Shown piece by piece: positions 38,686 through 53,038 of a DNA stretch of 64,000 bases. Below the pieces are notes generated by a model. It had not been told where the DNA came from, did no database searches, and saw nothing but the letters and a program-made list of their open reading frames with translations. How positions within the stretch are numbered: position 1 is the first letter of the stretch; each line of letters begins with the position of its first letter. Source of the stretch: Lingula anatina (Eukaryota > Animalia > Brachiopoda); assembly GCA_051362555.1 (NCBI GenBank), contig CM120642.1, positions 7,936,001 through 8,000,000 of the forward strand. The letters run 5' to 3'. The position numbers and the translations under genes are program-made.

Positions 38686-41089
38686 TTAATATTTTCTTTT
38701 TTTCCTTCTATCTGGCTACTTTTATCAACCAAGCTTTTCAGTTCACTGAGATGATAGAAATACCAATATTTTATTTTATTCTTTCTTTTACTCCCTTTCC
38801 TTCCAGAAAAATAAAGGGGAAGTTGTAAGAATATGACCAAACTTTTAACTGGAGGGATAAATAATGTAATAGATCTCAATATTCTGTACAGACAAGTGAT
38901 ACGTGCTTGGGCGTTAAAAGGCAAATTAATAAGCTCTGTGTACACTATGATAAATAACCTGTGCCAGAAGCACTGTCACGGATTCATTCATCACCTGTTC
39001 AGGAAAGAAAGAGGAGGAATAAACAAACATGTCATAACATGTGCCTTGGAGAAAGTGCAGAAACCAGGCTTCTGCTGACATGCACATTTTCTCCGAATGT
39101 GAAAGATTAAATGGCCTCTTTTCACGAATTTTTTGGATAACATACAATCTTGAAATGACATGTTAAGGCTCCACATTAATTTTAACAAGTCATAAATTGA
39201 GACCAGATTAAAATATGTAACATGGTAGGATCATAAAATTAATAAAATTCTGATGATGACTTCAGATGTAGAAATCTCCATCTCTTCACCCTGCATACTA
39301 AAAAAGGATGGATAATTTTTAAAACGACCTTTCAATGGATGGTTGATTCTGAATCAATGTACCACGGAGGGTGTTCTTCTTTATTTGTGTACTCTGTAAA
39401 TGTGTTTAAATCTATGTCAGTGGTTCGGAGGGGTAAGGGAAGGCAAGAAAACAGTGGGTATCTCATGAATGAAACCGCAAAGTTCATTAAATCAGCACCT
39501 TCCGCTTACCAGCCTTCAATAAACTCTTTCAGCCAATGTTATTTAGACACTTTTGAGTGGTTGGACAGAGATATTGGGGGAAGGCAAACAAAACTTTGTC
39601 CTGACATCATTCAGGGAGGGACTAGGCAAATAAACCCGAGAGAGATAACTTAATTCGGCATTGTATGCCCCGCCATAGTGTTGTGAACAGTGCTAGCCAG
39701 TATATTCAGGCTTTCGGAGTATTGATTTTTGTCTGGCTGCTTAGTATATTTTTAGCTAGTTCAAAGAAGATGGTGGCTCTAATTTCATTGCTTTGTTCCC
39801 ACTTCCTCTCGTAAGCGATTGAAGAGTAATTTGTCTGTCAGCTTTTCTTGATTTTCTTAAATCCATGCTTAGGTGCATGAAGTAGCCCTGAAATGGTTTA
39901 ATCAAAAGCATTTCATTCCGAAATGCACTTACTGGCTTATATCAATGTAGCACAACACATTGTGATTTGAAATCATACAACAGTAACAGCTTATCATACA
40001 TACGTACTCAGTCAGTTCAATTGATAACCTTATTGATTAGATTTATGGCCAGGTTGTCGAGAATAATAGTCTGCAAACACTGTAGTAACTAGTAAAGCAG
40101 TGTCAACAAGTAATAGTAAATATTGCACAAAAAGAAATTGGGGAAAAATTAATATTAAATGGATTGGCTTATTGAGCTTTGTGAAGGAAAGTGGTCACAA
40201 ATAGATTGATTTGATGCCCAACTTCATGCTTCTGTGCCCTTTCATTTTCTGATTTGATAGACCCAATTAAGTCCCGCAGACCTGTTTATTTTACATAGTT
40301 TGATAAAAAGTGTTTCCTGTAGTTCATAATGGCATATTTCCCCTTCCGAATCTTTTTTTTTTTTTTTTTTTCACAACTCTAGAAAATACAATGATCAGGT
40401 ACCTGGGAGCCAAAGTAATAGGATTTTAGATTATAACTGTGGCTTAGGACTTGGCTTCCCTGAATTGTTATTGACAATAGGTTTGTCTTCTAAGTTCTAA
40501 GAAATGTGGGTTTTTTTCCCAGGGTCTTTGCATGTCACGTTGAGTGACGTGTGTCTTCTTAGTCCTGTAGCACAGATCTATGACTGGCAGACTATGTGAC
40601 AAATTGGTGGACAAGTTAATTTTCTTTTATTGCATGCAGACAGATTGCTATATCAGAAGCTGTTAGACAGATTCATTTTTGCACAATTTGTGAGATTCTT
40701 AAATCAGAGGTCTCTACAATGCATTATATTTTATATTTTAACTTTTTATTTCAAGCTGTCAGGGTGATAGTGGTAACAGTTTGTTTCCAGGTTTAAGATG
40801 GGCACTATTTAAAATTGAAATGTTTCAAGGAAATATTAGAATTCTGACCATAATCTCATTGATAGCATATCATTATATGACAGGAGCACTTCTAGCCTTG
40901 TTGTCAAGGAAACAAATTAATCAATGAAGGTGAAAGGTAAATAACTCGAAGCAAGACGGGTGTTAATCATCTCCTTACCATTTCAGACATCACCATCTCA
41001 GTAGAATATTCAGACATTTTGACTTCACTGGAGAAAACCATTTCCCTCAGTCTAGCTTTACTATTCATTTATTTATTTTCACATTTCAG

Positions 41090-41249
41090 GCTGCAATTCT
41101 TCAGCAGACGGCAGACATACTGACAAGTCTGGAGGGAGAAAAGGCACGACTCTACTCCCAAAATGTCCAACTGAAGCGAATGTTGCAGGAAATGACGAGA
41201 GACGACACGGGAGGCTCTCCCCCACCAAAACGGAAGAAGAGAGATACAG
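41090..41249 (+). CDS. TFAP4: TFAP4 exon 3 (helix 2, zipper 1, NLS)
   Basis: atttcag|AAILQQTADILTSLEGEKARLYSQNVQLKRMLQE...SPPPKRKKRDT|gtaggt. Confidence 0.95.
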
Positions 41250-42261
41250 GTAGGTCCACAGCTTGAATGCTTTGAGGCATGGCAATTTTTTGGCTAAAAA
41301 CTAGAACTCATTTTCAAAATAAAATGAAAAAAATGTTGTATGAGTTTTATTCCCTATTTATATATGGAATAATATGTGGTATTTCACCAATTTGTTTTGG
41401 TGCCAGGCTGGCTATATTTCTGTCAGTTTGCACAGCAATGCTGTAACAGAATTCAATCTGCTATGACGCTGTGAATGGTATCAAGTTCTGTAGGGTATCA
41501 GATAGTCTCTACTTAGGTGTAAATTCCTGTATTCTCACCTGACCCGAACTTGGAAGGTCTCTGATTGTTTGTTGATGCCAAGTCTGGGGCTAATAACTGG
41601 ACATGTGGGATGCGGGTCATTTGAGGTTATCAAAGGCTTGCCACACAGCCCCTTGATTCTCAGCACTCCCCATAGTAACAAGGGCAGCATCATTCTACTT
41701 CAAATACTTAAATCGTGTCATTCCAGAAGCTGTTAGCTGTTTACAATAAGGTTGCTATCAGGTGCAGGTTGGGGGGAGGGTCATAGGTGGACACAAAACT
41801 GTTACTTAGGGTGTTGTATAAGAACAAAATCCGTCAGTGGTGTCATTGGTTATTTAAACCAGTTCGATATTTTGAAGTGAATATTAAGGGATAAAGCAAA
41901 GAAAAAGATGTGAAAATCGGGCACATTCATAACACATATCTGTATATGATTACTGAGGGTTTTTTTTTTTTTACCCAAGCACATTTCTCAAAGAGCAAAA
42001 AAAGGGTTTTGGTTCAACACTCCCTTTATTGAATGTTCTGGCCATTTTGAATAAAGTCTTAAGTGATAAGACAAATACAACTGTTGGAAAACAAGAGAAA
42101 CACAATGAAAACAAATGTAGACCGGATGTTGACACAGGACTAATCTTACTGGTAAATATGAACTGCACAAATTTGTCTGTGGGGAGGACGGCTATAAAAC
42201 AGTGTTGACTGAACTAGATCTATTAGCAGGTAAACCATGAGGCAAGGTGAAACCAACCCAA

Positions 42262-42539
42262 GGACCCATTTCACAAAACGACTTAAGCCCTTTAAATACG
42301 GTCTTAAATTTTAGCCAAAAATTTTAGCCTGTGTTGAACCAATATCAGTCATCTGTAGTCCAAGTTAATGAAATATTGCACAAGTAATCAGAAATACTCT
42401 GATAATGCTTCAATCCATTGTTACTTAAAAACAAGTTGGACTAAGTACTATAGATTTATTTTGAACTGGAGTTGACCAAAATATATTTTTTTTTAAATGC
42501 AAAATTGCACTTGCCTAAGAATAACTGTGAAATGGGTGG
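42262..42539. mobile_element. Probable decayed MITE (Harbinger-like)
   Basis: 12-bp TIR ACCCATTTCACA (42264) / TGTGAAATGGGT (ends 42537). Confidence 0.45.
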
Positions 42540-45500
42540 CTTGCACATTGCATGCAAATGAAGTTATTTTGCATGAAAATGTTTTCCATTGTACCACAAA
42601 TAGTGATGATAATTTTTGTTAAAAATAATTTTGAAGTGAGATGATTTATTTCTTCATCCAGACAGCTATTGATATGCTAGGGCAAGGGCCAGGTATTTAT
42701 TATTTTCCATACTGGGAACATGGAAATAATACTGACAATTAATTTAAAGACCTGGTATGGAGACAAGGTTCTCTCGTCTTATTCACTTATTAATGTGGGT
42801 GTCTGTAAAAAGGCAGAAGGCAGTTTGTATTGCAGAATAAATACAAGCTGTGTAATTATTCAGATTTCTCTATTAAGTCAGTTTCTTTCCTGGACAAGCT
42901 TGGAAATGTGTTGAAGTGCTTAATTTTACTGATTATTATGTATGTGAAGTTCAGTTTCTGGATAAGGCTCCAACTGAGTAATAAAAACTGGGCGAATGAA
43001 TGAAAAACATTTTTGAAAGAACGATGCTCCAGGCACAAGTTTAAATATAAAACTGCTGCAGGATTTTTTTTTTTTTTTTTGCATGAATAAGAACTTTTAG
43101 GGTTCAGGTTTTTTTGTTAACTTGGCTTTTGTTGTGGTCAACCAAATTTCTGAAAGAATGAGGAAGTTTTGATGTTCAGATTATATCCGTGAACTGCTTT
43201 TTTTATACCCTGGATAGTGGTTTGTTGATGGAAGATATGGTGTTCATTTTTGATGATGGCAGAATATTCACTTCAGCTGCTTATTCAAGTTTGGCAGTAA
43301 AAACCTGTTTTCTTTACATAGTTCATGTTGCCTTATGAAACCTCAAGTCACCCTGTCATAATATGGTTATTTGGCTGGATGCATTATGCTATATTTGTTC
43401 TCTTACAGTCTCAGATATTTTATCTTCATGAGTAAGCAAGTTTAACCTGTTGCATCCGCATTGGCTCAATGCCTGCCTTTGGGGACAGTTTTTTGCCTAT
43501 ATTTATCCTGCTCCTTATGTTTAATGAGATCATGCAATAACTTAGCCCCAAGTCTACTGGAGCTGTGTCCTCATTAGGTTATAGTATGTTGCAGTTCTCT
43601 TGAGATCATGAGTCACGGTGTACTGGTATCTAGAACTAAATGACATAATGATGAAGTCATCTTTGAAATGAATAAATTAGTGAAATGTGTTAAAACAAAG
43701 AAATGCTGAACATGGTTGAAAGGCAATTTTGACATAGGAAAGCAAAAGGGTGTATCTGCAAAGAACATTTTATTGGCACAAGGAAGTTATGCAGATGGTG
43801 TGTTGTCAAAAAGTGCCAAAAGAAGTCCTTTAATGAAGTGATGAAGTCGTCTTTGAAATAAAAATAATAATATATTATGGGGCCAAACAGATATTAAATA
43901 GGTGTGAAACATGGAAGACAATTGTATATAGAGAGGGAAATAGGCTAATTTACTAAAGAAGGCACATGGAAATTGAACAGATGGAAGTTTTGTCACTAAG
44001 TGTCAAAAGAAAATCAACAGGGAGCATGTTGGAGCAGGGCTTCTGAGTGACAGCCAGTCTTCGGGGCTGGGGGACATATTCATAATTGGCACAGTGCAAT
44101 TCAACATATGGCAGAGATGTCAAGGTGGCTAAGTAAAGGTTAGACGGAGAAGTAATCAACAGGAAGAGGCCAGTGAACTAGACTGACCTTTTCTCAATTG
44201 TCCAGGGACCCTAAGTCAACTCACCAAGTGCATTAGCTAGCTAGCCAGACAGCCAGTTCCACTCTGTGGCCTCTTTTTCAGTATTGATTGCACCAAATAA
44301 AACCATCTTTAAAATGAGGCTGCAGTGGAATGCTGCTGCGTTACTATTGCAGCTGGTTGTGGCCTGATAGGAATGATTTTTTTTATTCAGGAATCTCCTA
44401 AGAATAACTGACATTTAGAAAATCCCAGACTGTCTGACTAGTGCATTCCCAATTCAGACATTCTCCAAACTAAAACCGTGCATGCCACTTAAAAGTGCTG
44501 TTTATTAATTATTCAGCACCCACAACTTTAAGGGAATACATTATTTTTTTAAAGGTATGAAACATTGATATACCATCAGTGTCACATGAGGTAAACTTTT
44601 TTATAACATTTTTTTTTTGTCTGGATTTACTTTAAGTTGTAATGAAAATTAGCAAAGTTGAACATATTATTATAGATATAAAAATAATTAGGATATAAAT
44701 AAATATATGGTTAAATGATAAAATATGTGAGTGATAAGATTAATGAATGTACATGTTATCAGTAAAGTGTATATAGGCCTATATCAGTGACTAAAAAAAG
44801 TCTTCCTTGGCATAATAAACTGTACATATTTGTTAAACCTTGCATACGGTATAATAAGTCATGGTACATTTTATGCAATGTCAGTTGAGGTAATATTTGT
44901 GCACATGTGTAGTGTTTTCGTTGAGGACACATGATAACAGTACACATACATTTAGCAGAGGACATGGTAAGTCTAGACGAGCTAATAAAGTTCTGTGTGA
45001 AAATCCAGCTGTGCATATAAGAGTAGGCGGTTGCTTCAGTCCTGTGCTGCAGGCGGTCTAAGTTTATGTGTCAGGGCAGTTTATGATGAGCGAATTGGCA
45101 GACTGCCAAGATAGGAATCATATTGGTTTATTATGTGTACAGCTTTTGAATAAATACGATGATCCAATAAAGCTATTTTCTTGTATTGATGGTACGCTTT
45201 CCTGTTGCCCTTAAAACTGATAAGCAGCTCCTACAGTGCAAATATGTTATAAGCATTTTCAGCAGTAACAGACCGTAAAAAAAAAAAAAAAAAAAAAAGT
45301 GAAATTGAAATGTTCTTCACTGTGCTGATACTGGTATATATGTGTGGTTTGATTTATCCAACTTATTGTCATCTATTTTTATATAGATCTTAGTTTATTG
45401 TATAAACCAGGAAGTACTGGGGACAGTGATAATATGGTCTTTTGGGCACAAGACATCATGAAACCTTAGAATAAGGAAAACTGGTTGATAAAAATAGAGA

Positions 45501-45715
45501 AACCAATGACAATGCATCAGTCAAGATATATTGATCAGATTTGCAAAGATATAACATTCTTCATGTGATTATATTTCATTTATATATCAGCAGAATATTG
45601 ATATATATCAAGAATGTACACAACTGCAACATGTTTCTTCATTCAGATCTTGTGTTTGACTTTGACTGATTGGTTTCTTTACTTTCAGTTTAATAGAACC
45701 TTCAATTATTTTCAG

Positions 45716-45939
45716 AATCATCAGACGAAGGCATAAGCATGAGCATGGACGAAAACATAGACGAACTGAAGAAAGAGTTGAAGGACCTGCGCTCACAATT
45801 GGACCATGAACGCCAGCTGCGAAGGATGCTCGAGAAACAGATTTGCACTTTGGAGAACCAGTTGTACCGTGAACCCATCCACAGTTACACCCCCACAGTG
45901 CCGCCCATGCAGGAAGAAAGGAGGGCAACAAAGGAAGAT
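45716..45939 (+). CDS. TFAP4: TFAP4 exon 4 (zipper 2)
   Basis: ttttcag|(E)SSDEGISMS...ELKDLRSQLDHERQLRRMLEKQICTLENQLY...KED|gtaggt; phases 1 and 0 consistent. Confidence 0.92.
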
Positions 45940-46609
45940 GTAGGTGTCCCCCCCCCTTCCCCACCTTTCAAAAAACTTTTTTTTATTGTGACAAGTCACA
46001 TTCATAAGAGGCTTTCTCAGCATAATTTCAAGGCCAATCTCTTACATACATTCATGAAAACATAGCTTTTAAATCCATTATTTCCCTCATACATATGCTT
46101 ATATTAATAAAAAATAGAGTAGTATTGGTGTATTGCATGCTAGTTAAGCCATTCTTAAAAGATTTACTTGACATATTGTAAGAAAAAGACCTACCAGTTT
46201 TATTCATTCTATTTTGAATCTTTTGTTGAATTGTCCTTGTTACAACAAAAGTGCAAAAATAACTTTCTCACCATGAAGAAAAGATCGTCATGAGTATATT
46301 GAAATGCACAGTATGTTAGGTGAGGGGAAGTTATTTGACAGGAAAAATGTCACGCAAAGATTGTCGAACAGCTTCAGGGAAAATGCTTTAGTTGGATCCC
46401 GACTCCAGCTTGCACGATATGACACCCTTTGCCCCTTGTTTGAATTGAATTCCTGCACTTAGTGACAAACCAGTATACACATTGTACATGCTTATTAATC
46501 TATTTTAGTATGTATGTTAATTTGCCTAAATTGAAGGGGAGATAAGTTTTTATCCTACATATTTGTCATGATCTAATTCTTATTTAAATTTGGTTACTCC
46601 TATTTCTAG

Positions 46610-47173
46610 GCCTCGCCATTTTACCACCATCACCACCAAATTCCAGAAGCAAAGCACGAGTCCATGGAAGACGTGGAGGAGACAAAATCAGAAATTGTTT
46701 ACGATAATCGTCGTCTCCAGCCCCAGCCAGCTCCGACCTTCTCCACTCCGTCAATTTACACCAGCAGCATGTCAAGGCGGAACCTCGAAACCATTGTAGA
46801 AGCCATCCGCCATCTTGAAGGAGATCGAGTTTTGCTTGATGAGAGAAATGAAAACAGTAAAGGGGAAGAGAGTGAGAGAGATTCCAGCATTTCAATGAGC
46901 GACCAAGAAGATTTGAAGTCAGAGTTGTCATCGTCATCGTCACCTTCTGGGCGAGAATCCCCCTCGTTGTCATCAACGTCAAGTAGTCATGGTAGTTTAA
47001 GCTTGAGCAGTTCACCCTCCAGCAGTAATTCTTCATTTCCGTTCCGCGAGGACCATTACACATGTACTGTCAATGCTGAAAAATATCCCATGGTTTCTAT
47101 GGGTTTGATACAGCGACCTTTCCACCATGCGTACCTTCAGAGACCCGGTGTCATTGTTCACAAGTCGTCCTAA
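46610..47173 (+). CDS. TFAP4: TFAP4 last exon (TIV motif)
   Basis: tttctag|ASPFYHHHHQ...SRRNLETIVEAIRHLEG...HKSS*; AP-4 TIV motif; joined CDS 1200 nt. Confidence 0.93.
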   Translation, partial: ASPFYHHHHQIPEAKHESMEDVEETKSEIVYDNRRLQPQPAPTFSTPSIYTSSMSRRNLETIVEAIRHLEGDRVLLDERNENSKGEESERDSSISMSDQEDLKSELSSSSSPSGRESPSLSSTSSSHGSLSLSSSPSSSNSSFPFREDHYTCTVNAEKYPMVSMGLIQRPFHHAYLQRPGVIVHKSS

Positions 47174-50100
47174 TGGTTATCCAACGTAAAGACTGTGCAA
47201 TTTCAAGAATTCTGACTCTGAATATTCTGTGAATTGTTTATATTATAATTAATATTATTATGATTAATATTTGCATTATCGGTAGCATCATAATGGTTGC
47301 CTCAGAGTAATATATTACGTATATATAAATGTAAACATACATGTATATAAATGTATCAGCATTGCAAAGAGAATGATGCAGACCAGGAAAGTGTAGTAGT
47401 AATGAAATCTCCCACCCCCAGGCCAATATTAGATTTATATATCTAGTGAAATATAGATATTTTGACCTGTTTTATTGTTTTCATCTGTCTGTCCATCATA
47501 ATATATATTTTTTGTTAATTTAGTTTTTTTCTTTTGAAAAAAGATTATATCTTAATGGTAACATGTTTATAAGTGTAGCTTTGTCATTATATTTTATTCT
47601 CTGAAAAATTGTACATAAATTCAATATTGAAGCAGAAAAGCAACATTTCAGTGATTATTGTACATTAAACCAGATAAGTTTGAAGCCAAGCTACTGAAAA
47701 GCTTTACAAAAATATACACCAAATAATGCTGTTTCTTTAATAAGTAACTTTTGGGTAGATCATGAAAAATTAAATATCCAAGGCACAGTTCATGAAAACT
47801 TAATGTCTATAAGTTCAGTCCAAAAGCAAGGCCAGCCATCAACTGTTTCAGAAATGTGTAGACACCTGAAACAGAAATGAGAGAAACTAATGACATCTTA
47901 TAACCAATTACTTGGAGTCAAGGTCCCTAATTAAGTCAAGCTCTTTTTAATTGATATATTTTGTTTTAACGTAAGTGTATCATGTAAACCAGCTAACTTG
48001 CCTTTGTGCAACTTGGTGGCTAATGTGCTCAGTGTAAAGTTTTGTATACATGCCCATGGCACTACACAACAATGCAAGTGAAATGGCAACACTGTGCTTG
48101 GGACTATTAACCCATTACTTTATAGACATGCTGTTTTTGATGGAATTTTGATATTGTCTGATGAGAGATAGATGCTTCGCATATCCACATCTGTTGTAAT
48201 TTTTATTGCCATGTTACAAGTTTGTAACAACTAATTGATATTTGCACAAGTTCTGATGCCAGAGTGTTAATTATGTGGTAATGGATTGATCATTTCAACC
48301 GGAAAAACTATCAATTTTTCAGACATAATTTTGGAATCATTAAAAAAACATTTCTTTGCAGCATTTTGGTGCTTTAACTATAGAATTTAGCTATTAAGTA
48401 GTCTCCCTTGCAATCATATTGCCATCACACAATAGGATTGTTTTAATTTTAAGAAGTTATTACTTTAAAAAATTCAGTATCTGTAAAATTCACAGTCTTA
48501 CCTGTTGAAATGATCAAGTCATTATCATGGTTTTGATTTGGGTTGTCGCTCACTTTTTTTTTGTTAAGTCGACAGATAGGCAGCATAAACTGTGACTAGA
48601 TCCCACAATGAAATATTATGCTATTAATTCAAAACCTTCACTACCCTCAATCAAATTTCAATGAAAACATTACTTGAGCTTATGTTTTTGCTGTGTGTTG
48701 ATCACATCTTTCACACATTTTGTAGGTAATTACTACTCAGGTGTTCAAATCAATTATAATCATTCTTGTTCCTCAGGAAAAACAGATGTTAAACCGGTGG
48801 ATAATCTTACATGAATAAAACCCAGTGAAATTTCATTAAATAGGGATGAAACTAACCGGTGTAGTTGGTTTGTAAAGCACTGCTTTTAATGATTCAAGGA
48901 TTGAATTGATTGCTTTAATATTTCTATAACATTTTGTTTTAAGTAAAAAGAACGCCTTGAGATGGCTTGTTCAGTAGTGTAGAAAAAGATCAGAGGGTTA
49001 AGGGACAATACTTATTTTTTCTTTCATGGCACAAGATTAAGACCAATGATTTGATGTAATTGAATACCAGTTATTGCGAAGATTTAAAGTCTTGATTAAA
49101 TTTCAACTCTTGATCCAAGGATAGCCATTTTCCCAGTGCCATGGTTTTTCAAGCTACAGATATTTAAATCCAAGAAATTCTTGTTTAAATTTAGCAATGA
49201 TGGAAACTTTCAGTGTAGTTTTGTTTTAGAATTGTATATATGTAAATAATTATATTTAAAAAAACAATGACTTGGATATGATGGATGAGATGGCAGCAAG
49301 TTTGGGTTGTCTCATTATGCTCATTTGAATTTGTCACAATTTTGGATTTGTACAGTAACAGTTTATATATGGGTAAACAGAAATCATTGTTCTACAAGTG
49401 ACCGCTCCCTGGTCTCCCAACTTCCCCATGTAGCATATATTTATGATATGAAGGGCATGTAATAGCATTATTAAAATATCTTAATTTATTGACAAGACTC
49501 TTGGAGACTTGTTCAATGTTGTGTTGTAAAGAGATATTTGGTCAAGTTAAACTGCAGTGTAGATTCAATGCTGGAATTTGTACATAAATAAAAAGGAAAT
49601 ATTATAGTGAGCTGCAATGTGAAAGCTTTAAAAGTGTGTCTTATGAAAATTTTTTGGAAGTGGAGTGGTGTTTGATTGCCATGTTCACAGCTTTAGGATG
49701 CCACACCTAGGCACGGCATGAAAGAAAAGTGGAAATGTTTAAGGTGATTATTTTGAATTTTATCAAAATAATTGTAACCTATTAAGACGGAAACATTGAA
49801 AGGCACTTTGTTAAACAGGTGTTTAAATATGTGTACAGTTGTGGAACTTATTATTATTAAAAAACCATTAAGTTGTTGATTTTGTGAAATGTTTGTATTA
49901 TTGCTTAATGGTCTTCACTGCTAATATACATTTTGTAATTCGTGCAGGCAAAATGGTAAGCCAAAAGCCTTCAGCAGAAATAAATGTTACTTCTTTTGTA
50001 TGTATTGTGTACAAAAAAAACTTGTTTGTTTTTGTCTGACAAAAAGGGTACTTTGGTAATCCATTTTACAGCCTATAATGAATGGCTTATAAATTATAAA

Positions 50101-50730
50101 TCTGATCATTTTCTATAGAATATAACTATTTTCTCCATGCTCCTTTACAAACTATATGCAAACAGTATGTACACTATGCCCTTTGAAGATAATGGCAGAG
50201 CATGTTACATATGCACATAATTTGATTTTTCTTATGTTACCATGCATACTGCCCCTATCATTTAAAATAATCCAACTTGATTCTGAGTATTTGGGACAAA
50301 GTTTTTTATTAAGTTCATGGCCAGCGAAACAAAAGTAATGTATTTTTCCTCTCTGAAAACTGGTCATAAAACAAAGCTGAAGGGGTGAAAGCCTTGAGGC
50401 TATGGAACATAAAAAGACCACTCTTTTAAATGTTGAGTTAAAATTGTACCAGACATTGCTGTCATTGCTCACACTGGTCCCTCTCCGGCCTGTCCAACTT
50501 AAAAAATGACCACAAGGAAGCCATGCCCTCCCCTCCTGTCTTCCGCTGCTGTAAGTAAATCATTCCATATAATCTGGCCTGGGCGATTTGTTTAGCTTAT
50601 AAACAACTGTCATTTTTCATCGGTATCATCATTATTTTAGGACATTTTGAAAACTAAATTGGAATATTATGAAGGAAGTCCTGGACATTTTCCGGCTATG
50701 TATTTGTTTATCTTATTTTTTGTAAAAATT

Positions 50731-50798
50731 AGTTTATTTAGATCAGAAAGGATAGCTGTTACTAAGTTTATTTAGATCAGAAAGGATAGCTGTTACTA
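50731..50798. repeat. Perfect 34-bp tandem duplication
   Basis: AGTTTATTTAGATCAGAAAGGATAGCTGTTACTA x2. Confidence 0.95.
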
Positions 50799-50799
50799 A

Positions 50800-51252
50800 G
50801 ACCCCATTCTCATAGAAACCATCAGTCTATGTAGATCCATCCAACTCTGTGGTAACTCGCTGAGTGCAATCAGCTTACCTTAATGACACACCAGGGCCAT
50901 AGCAATGGTCAGAAGGTTCAATAATCTGAAGTTTTGTTGGCGAACCCTTCATTAAAAAACTGATGAAAATGTTACGATTTTTGGATTAATGAACCTTCAG
51001 ACTATTGAGACACCCCCGACACACCTCCTTCTTTTCAATGCACTTGTATAATCAGTTAATGCATTCAGTTTAATGGATTAACACACCTGGCCTCATGCAA
51101 GGTGTTAAGTAGAGCACCGAAATGCTGGTGTTTATAGAGTACAAGAGGAAACAAGAGGAGGCGTGTCATTTAGGCTAGCTGATTGCACTCAGCAATTCCC
51201 CACAGATTTGGATGGATCTATTTAGACTGATGGTGTCTATGGGAATGGGGCC
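50800..51252. mobile_element. MITE with ~90-bp imperfect TIRs
   Basis: CCCCATTCTCATAGAAACCATCAGTCTA...AATGACAC / GTGTCATT...TAGACTGATGGTGTCTATGGGAATGGGG. Confidence 0.75.
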
Positions 51253-53002
51253 TTTGTTGAGGTCTCACTTAATGATAACCGTGTACTTGATAACCCTGAG
51301 TGTCAGAGCATTCTGGAAACTGCTGGAGACAGCAGAGGTACACAAGCTGAGAATGGTTGCCAGCAGTAGATTCTATGAAACTGGGAGTGCATTACTTCAA
51401 TTTCTTTATTTTTTTTGTTTGTTTGTTTCTGGTCAATCACTCAAAGCTGTAGGATTCTAGGATGCTCATAAGCTGCTCACACCAACAGCTTTGTTTAAAT
51501 AAAAAGACTGGCCCAAGGTGAGTGATCAAGACTCCACTTTCAGGGTTGGGGGTGGGGGGGTGGGGGGGTGGGGAGAAGGTTGAGGGAGTCTTGACATAAA
51601 TAAACCTGCTAGCAGGGCTGGACACTGGTAGCAATATATCTGAACTATCCTAGTGATATAACAATGCAATTTTGAAAACTTAATTTAGACATAATGTATG
51701 GCTGGCATTTTCCCCTTTAAAAGTATCCATGCAAGATATCATTCAATAGTAATTTAAAGAACTACATTCAGTCCATGTTTTATATATTTGCCTTCAACCA
51801 GGAACACAAAATAACATCTGTTAACAAATTACTACTGTATTAAATTCCGTCCCTTGCCACCCAGTCCATGATCAGCAAGCAAGAGATGAACTCTAGATAA
51901 AGCCCTCCATTATGAAATTTTCTTGTCAAAACGCCTCCATAGCACCTCTTGTGTACATGATCAACTTTGAGAAGAGTAATACAATCTGATTTATACAAGC
52001 TGGAACATGCTAACATCCACCCACGCTCTCTCACATATCCCCTATTTTACTCCTACAATCAAAGTAGAGTTTGATTTACAAACTATTGATGTTGACACCT
52101 ACTAAACTTTTGAACAAATAATTGAAATTATTGTGCCCTATCACATTTTGAATCATGATATCCCAACTAAATGTTGCTCAATTCACCATTATATGACAAT
52201 AAAACTACCAGAGAGAAAAAGCAAGCGACTTATTTATGAACTACAGTCACTTATCCTTTAAGGGCAATGTTCTGTTTATCAACAAAAAGCTACATGCTGT
52301 ATTTCTTATATTTATAAGCTTAGTTTAGTTTAGTGTCAGCTTGTTGTATATATTTGTCAGACTGTGCATGTTTGCCAGAATACATGCTGGTACATGAGTT
52401 GCAATGGTTTTTTCCCCTATACTTTAATGGTTCACTTCATTCCACAGAAAAGTGAACATTTTAGTTTCAATATATTGAAATATGTCAGTGATGCACACAT
52501 TTTGTGTAATATTTTCTTAACTTTTTTTACATTACTTTTAAATAATTTGTATTTTTTCCTTTCCATATTGAAAGAACTATAACATAAAATAGGGAAGATA
52601 ATGTGGCAAGTCAGAATTGTGTGAAGAACACTTGGACCTCAAAAAGTTCAAAAGCATGAAATTGTTTTTCAATCATTAAAAAAACTAGGTAACATAGAGT
52701 GGGAAAACCTTCAGTGTATGTAAAATTAACGAATGGTCGGTGCATTATCCAATATTTGGCTTAAATATTTACCTTAGCTCATATGGTTATTTTATAATTA
52801 TCCAAATAGATTTTTCCAGATTTTTTGGCCAAGTGTATAAAATTTGTGTCACTGATGTAACTCAAATGAACACTATTCTGTGGCATGACCTGATAGCTAG
52901 CTGATTTAGGAAATAAATATTTTTCTTAATTTATGATGAGCGATAGAAAGTAACAATTTTTTCAATACCATGTACAAATTAAGAAAAAATGTTTGAAAAA
53001 AA

Positions 53003-53004
<2 letters not shown>

Positions 53005-53037
<33 letters not shown>
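53005..53037. repeat. (AT)n microsatellite
   Basis: Direct reading. Confidence 0.98.

Positions 53038-53038
<1 letters not shown>

Noticed and set aside
38583-39653. Cluster of overlapping ORFs in TFAP4 intron 2
   Set aside because: Partly inside a MITE; no recognisable domain and no consistent splice structure.
46584-47063. 159-aa minus-strand ORF and other antisense ORFs over exons (45608-45964, 26731-26985, 57688-57942)
   Set aside because: Shadows of real coding exons on the opposite strand.
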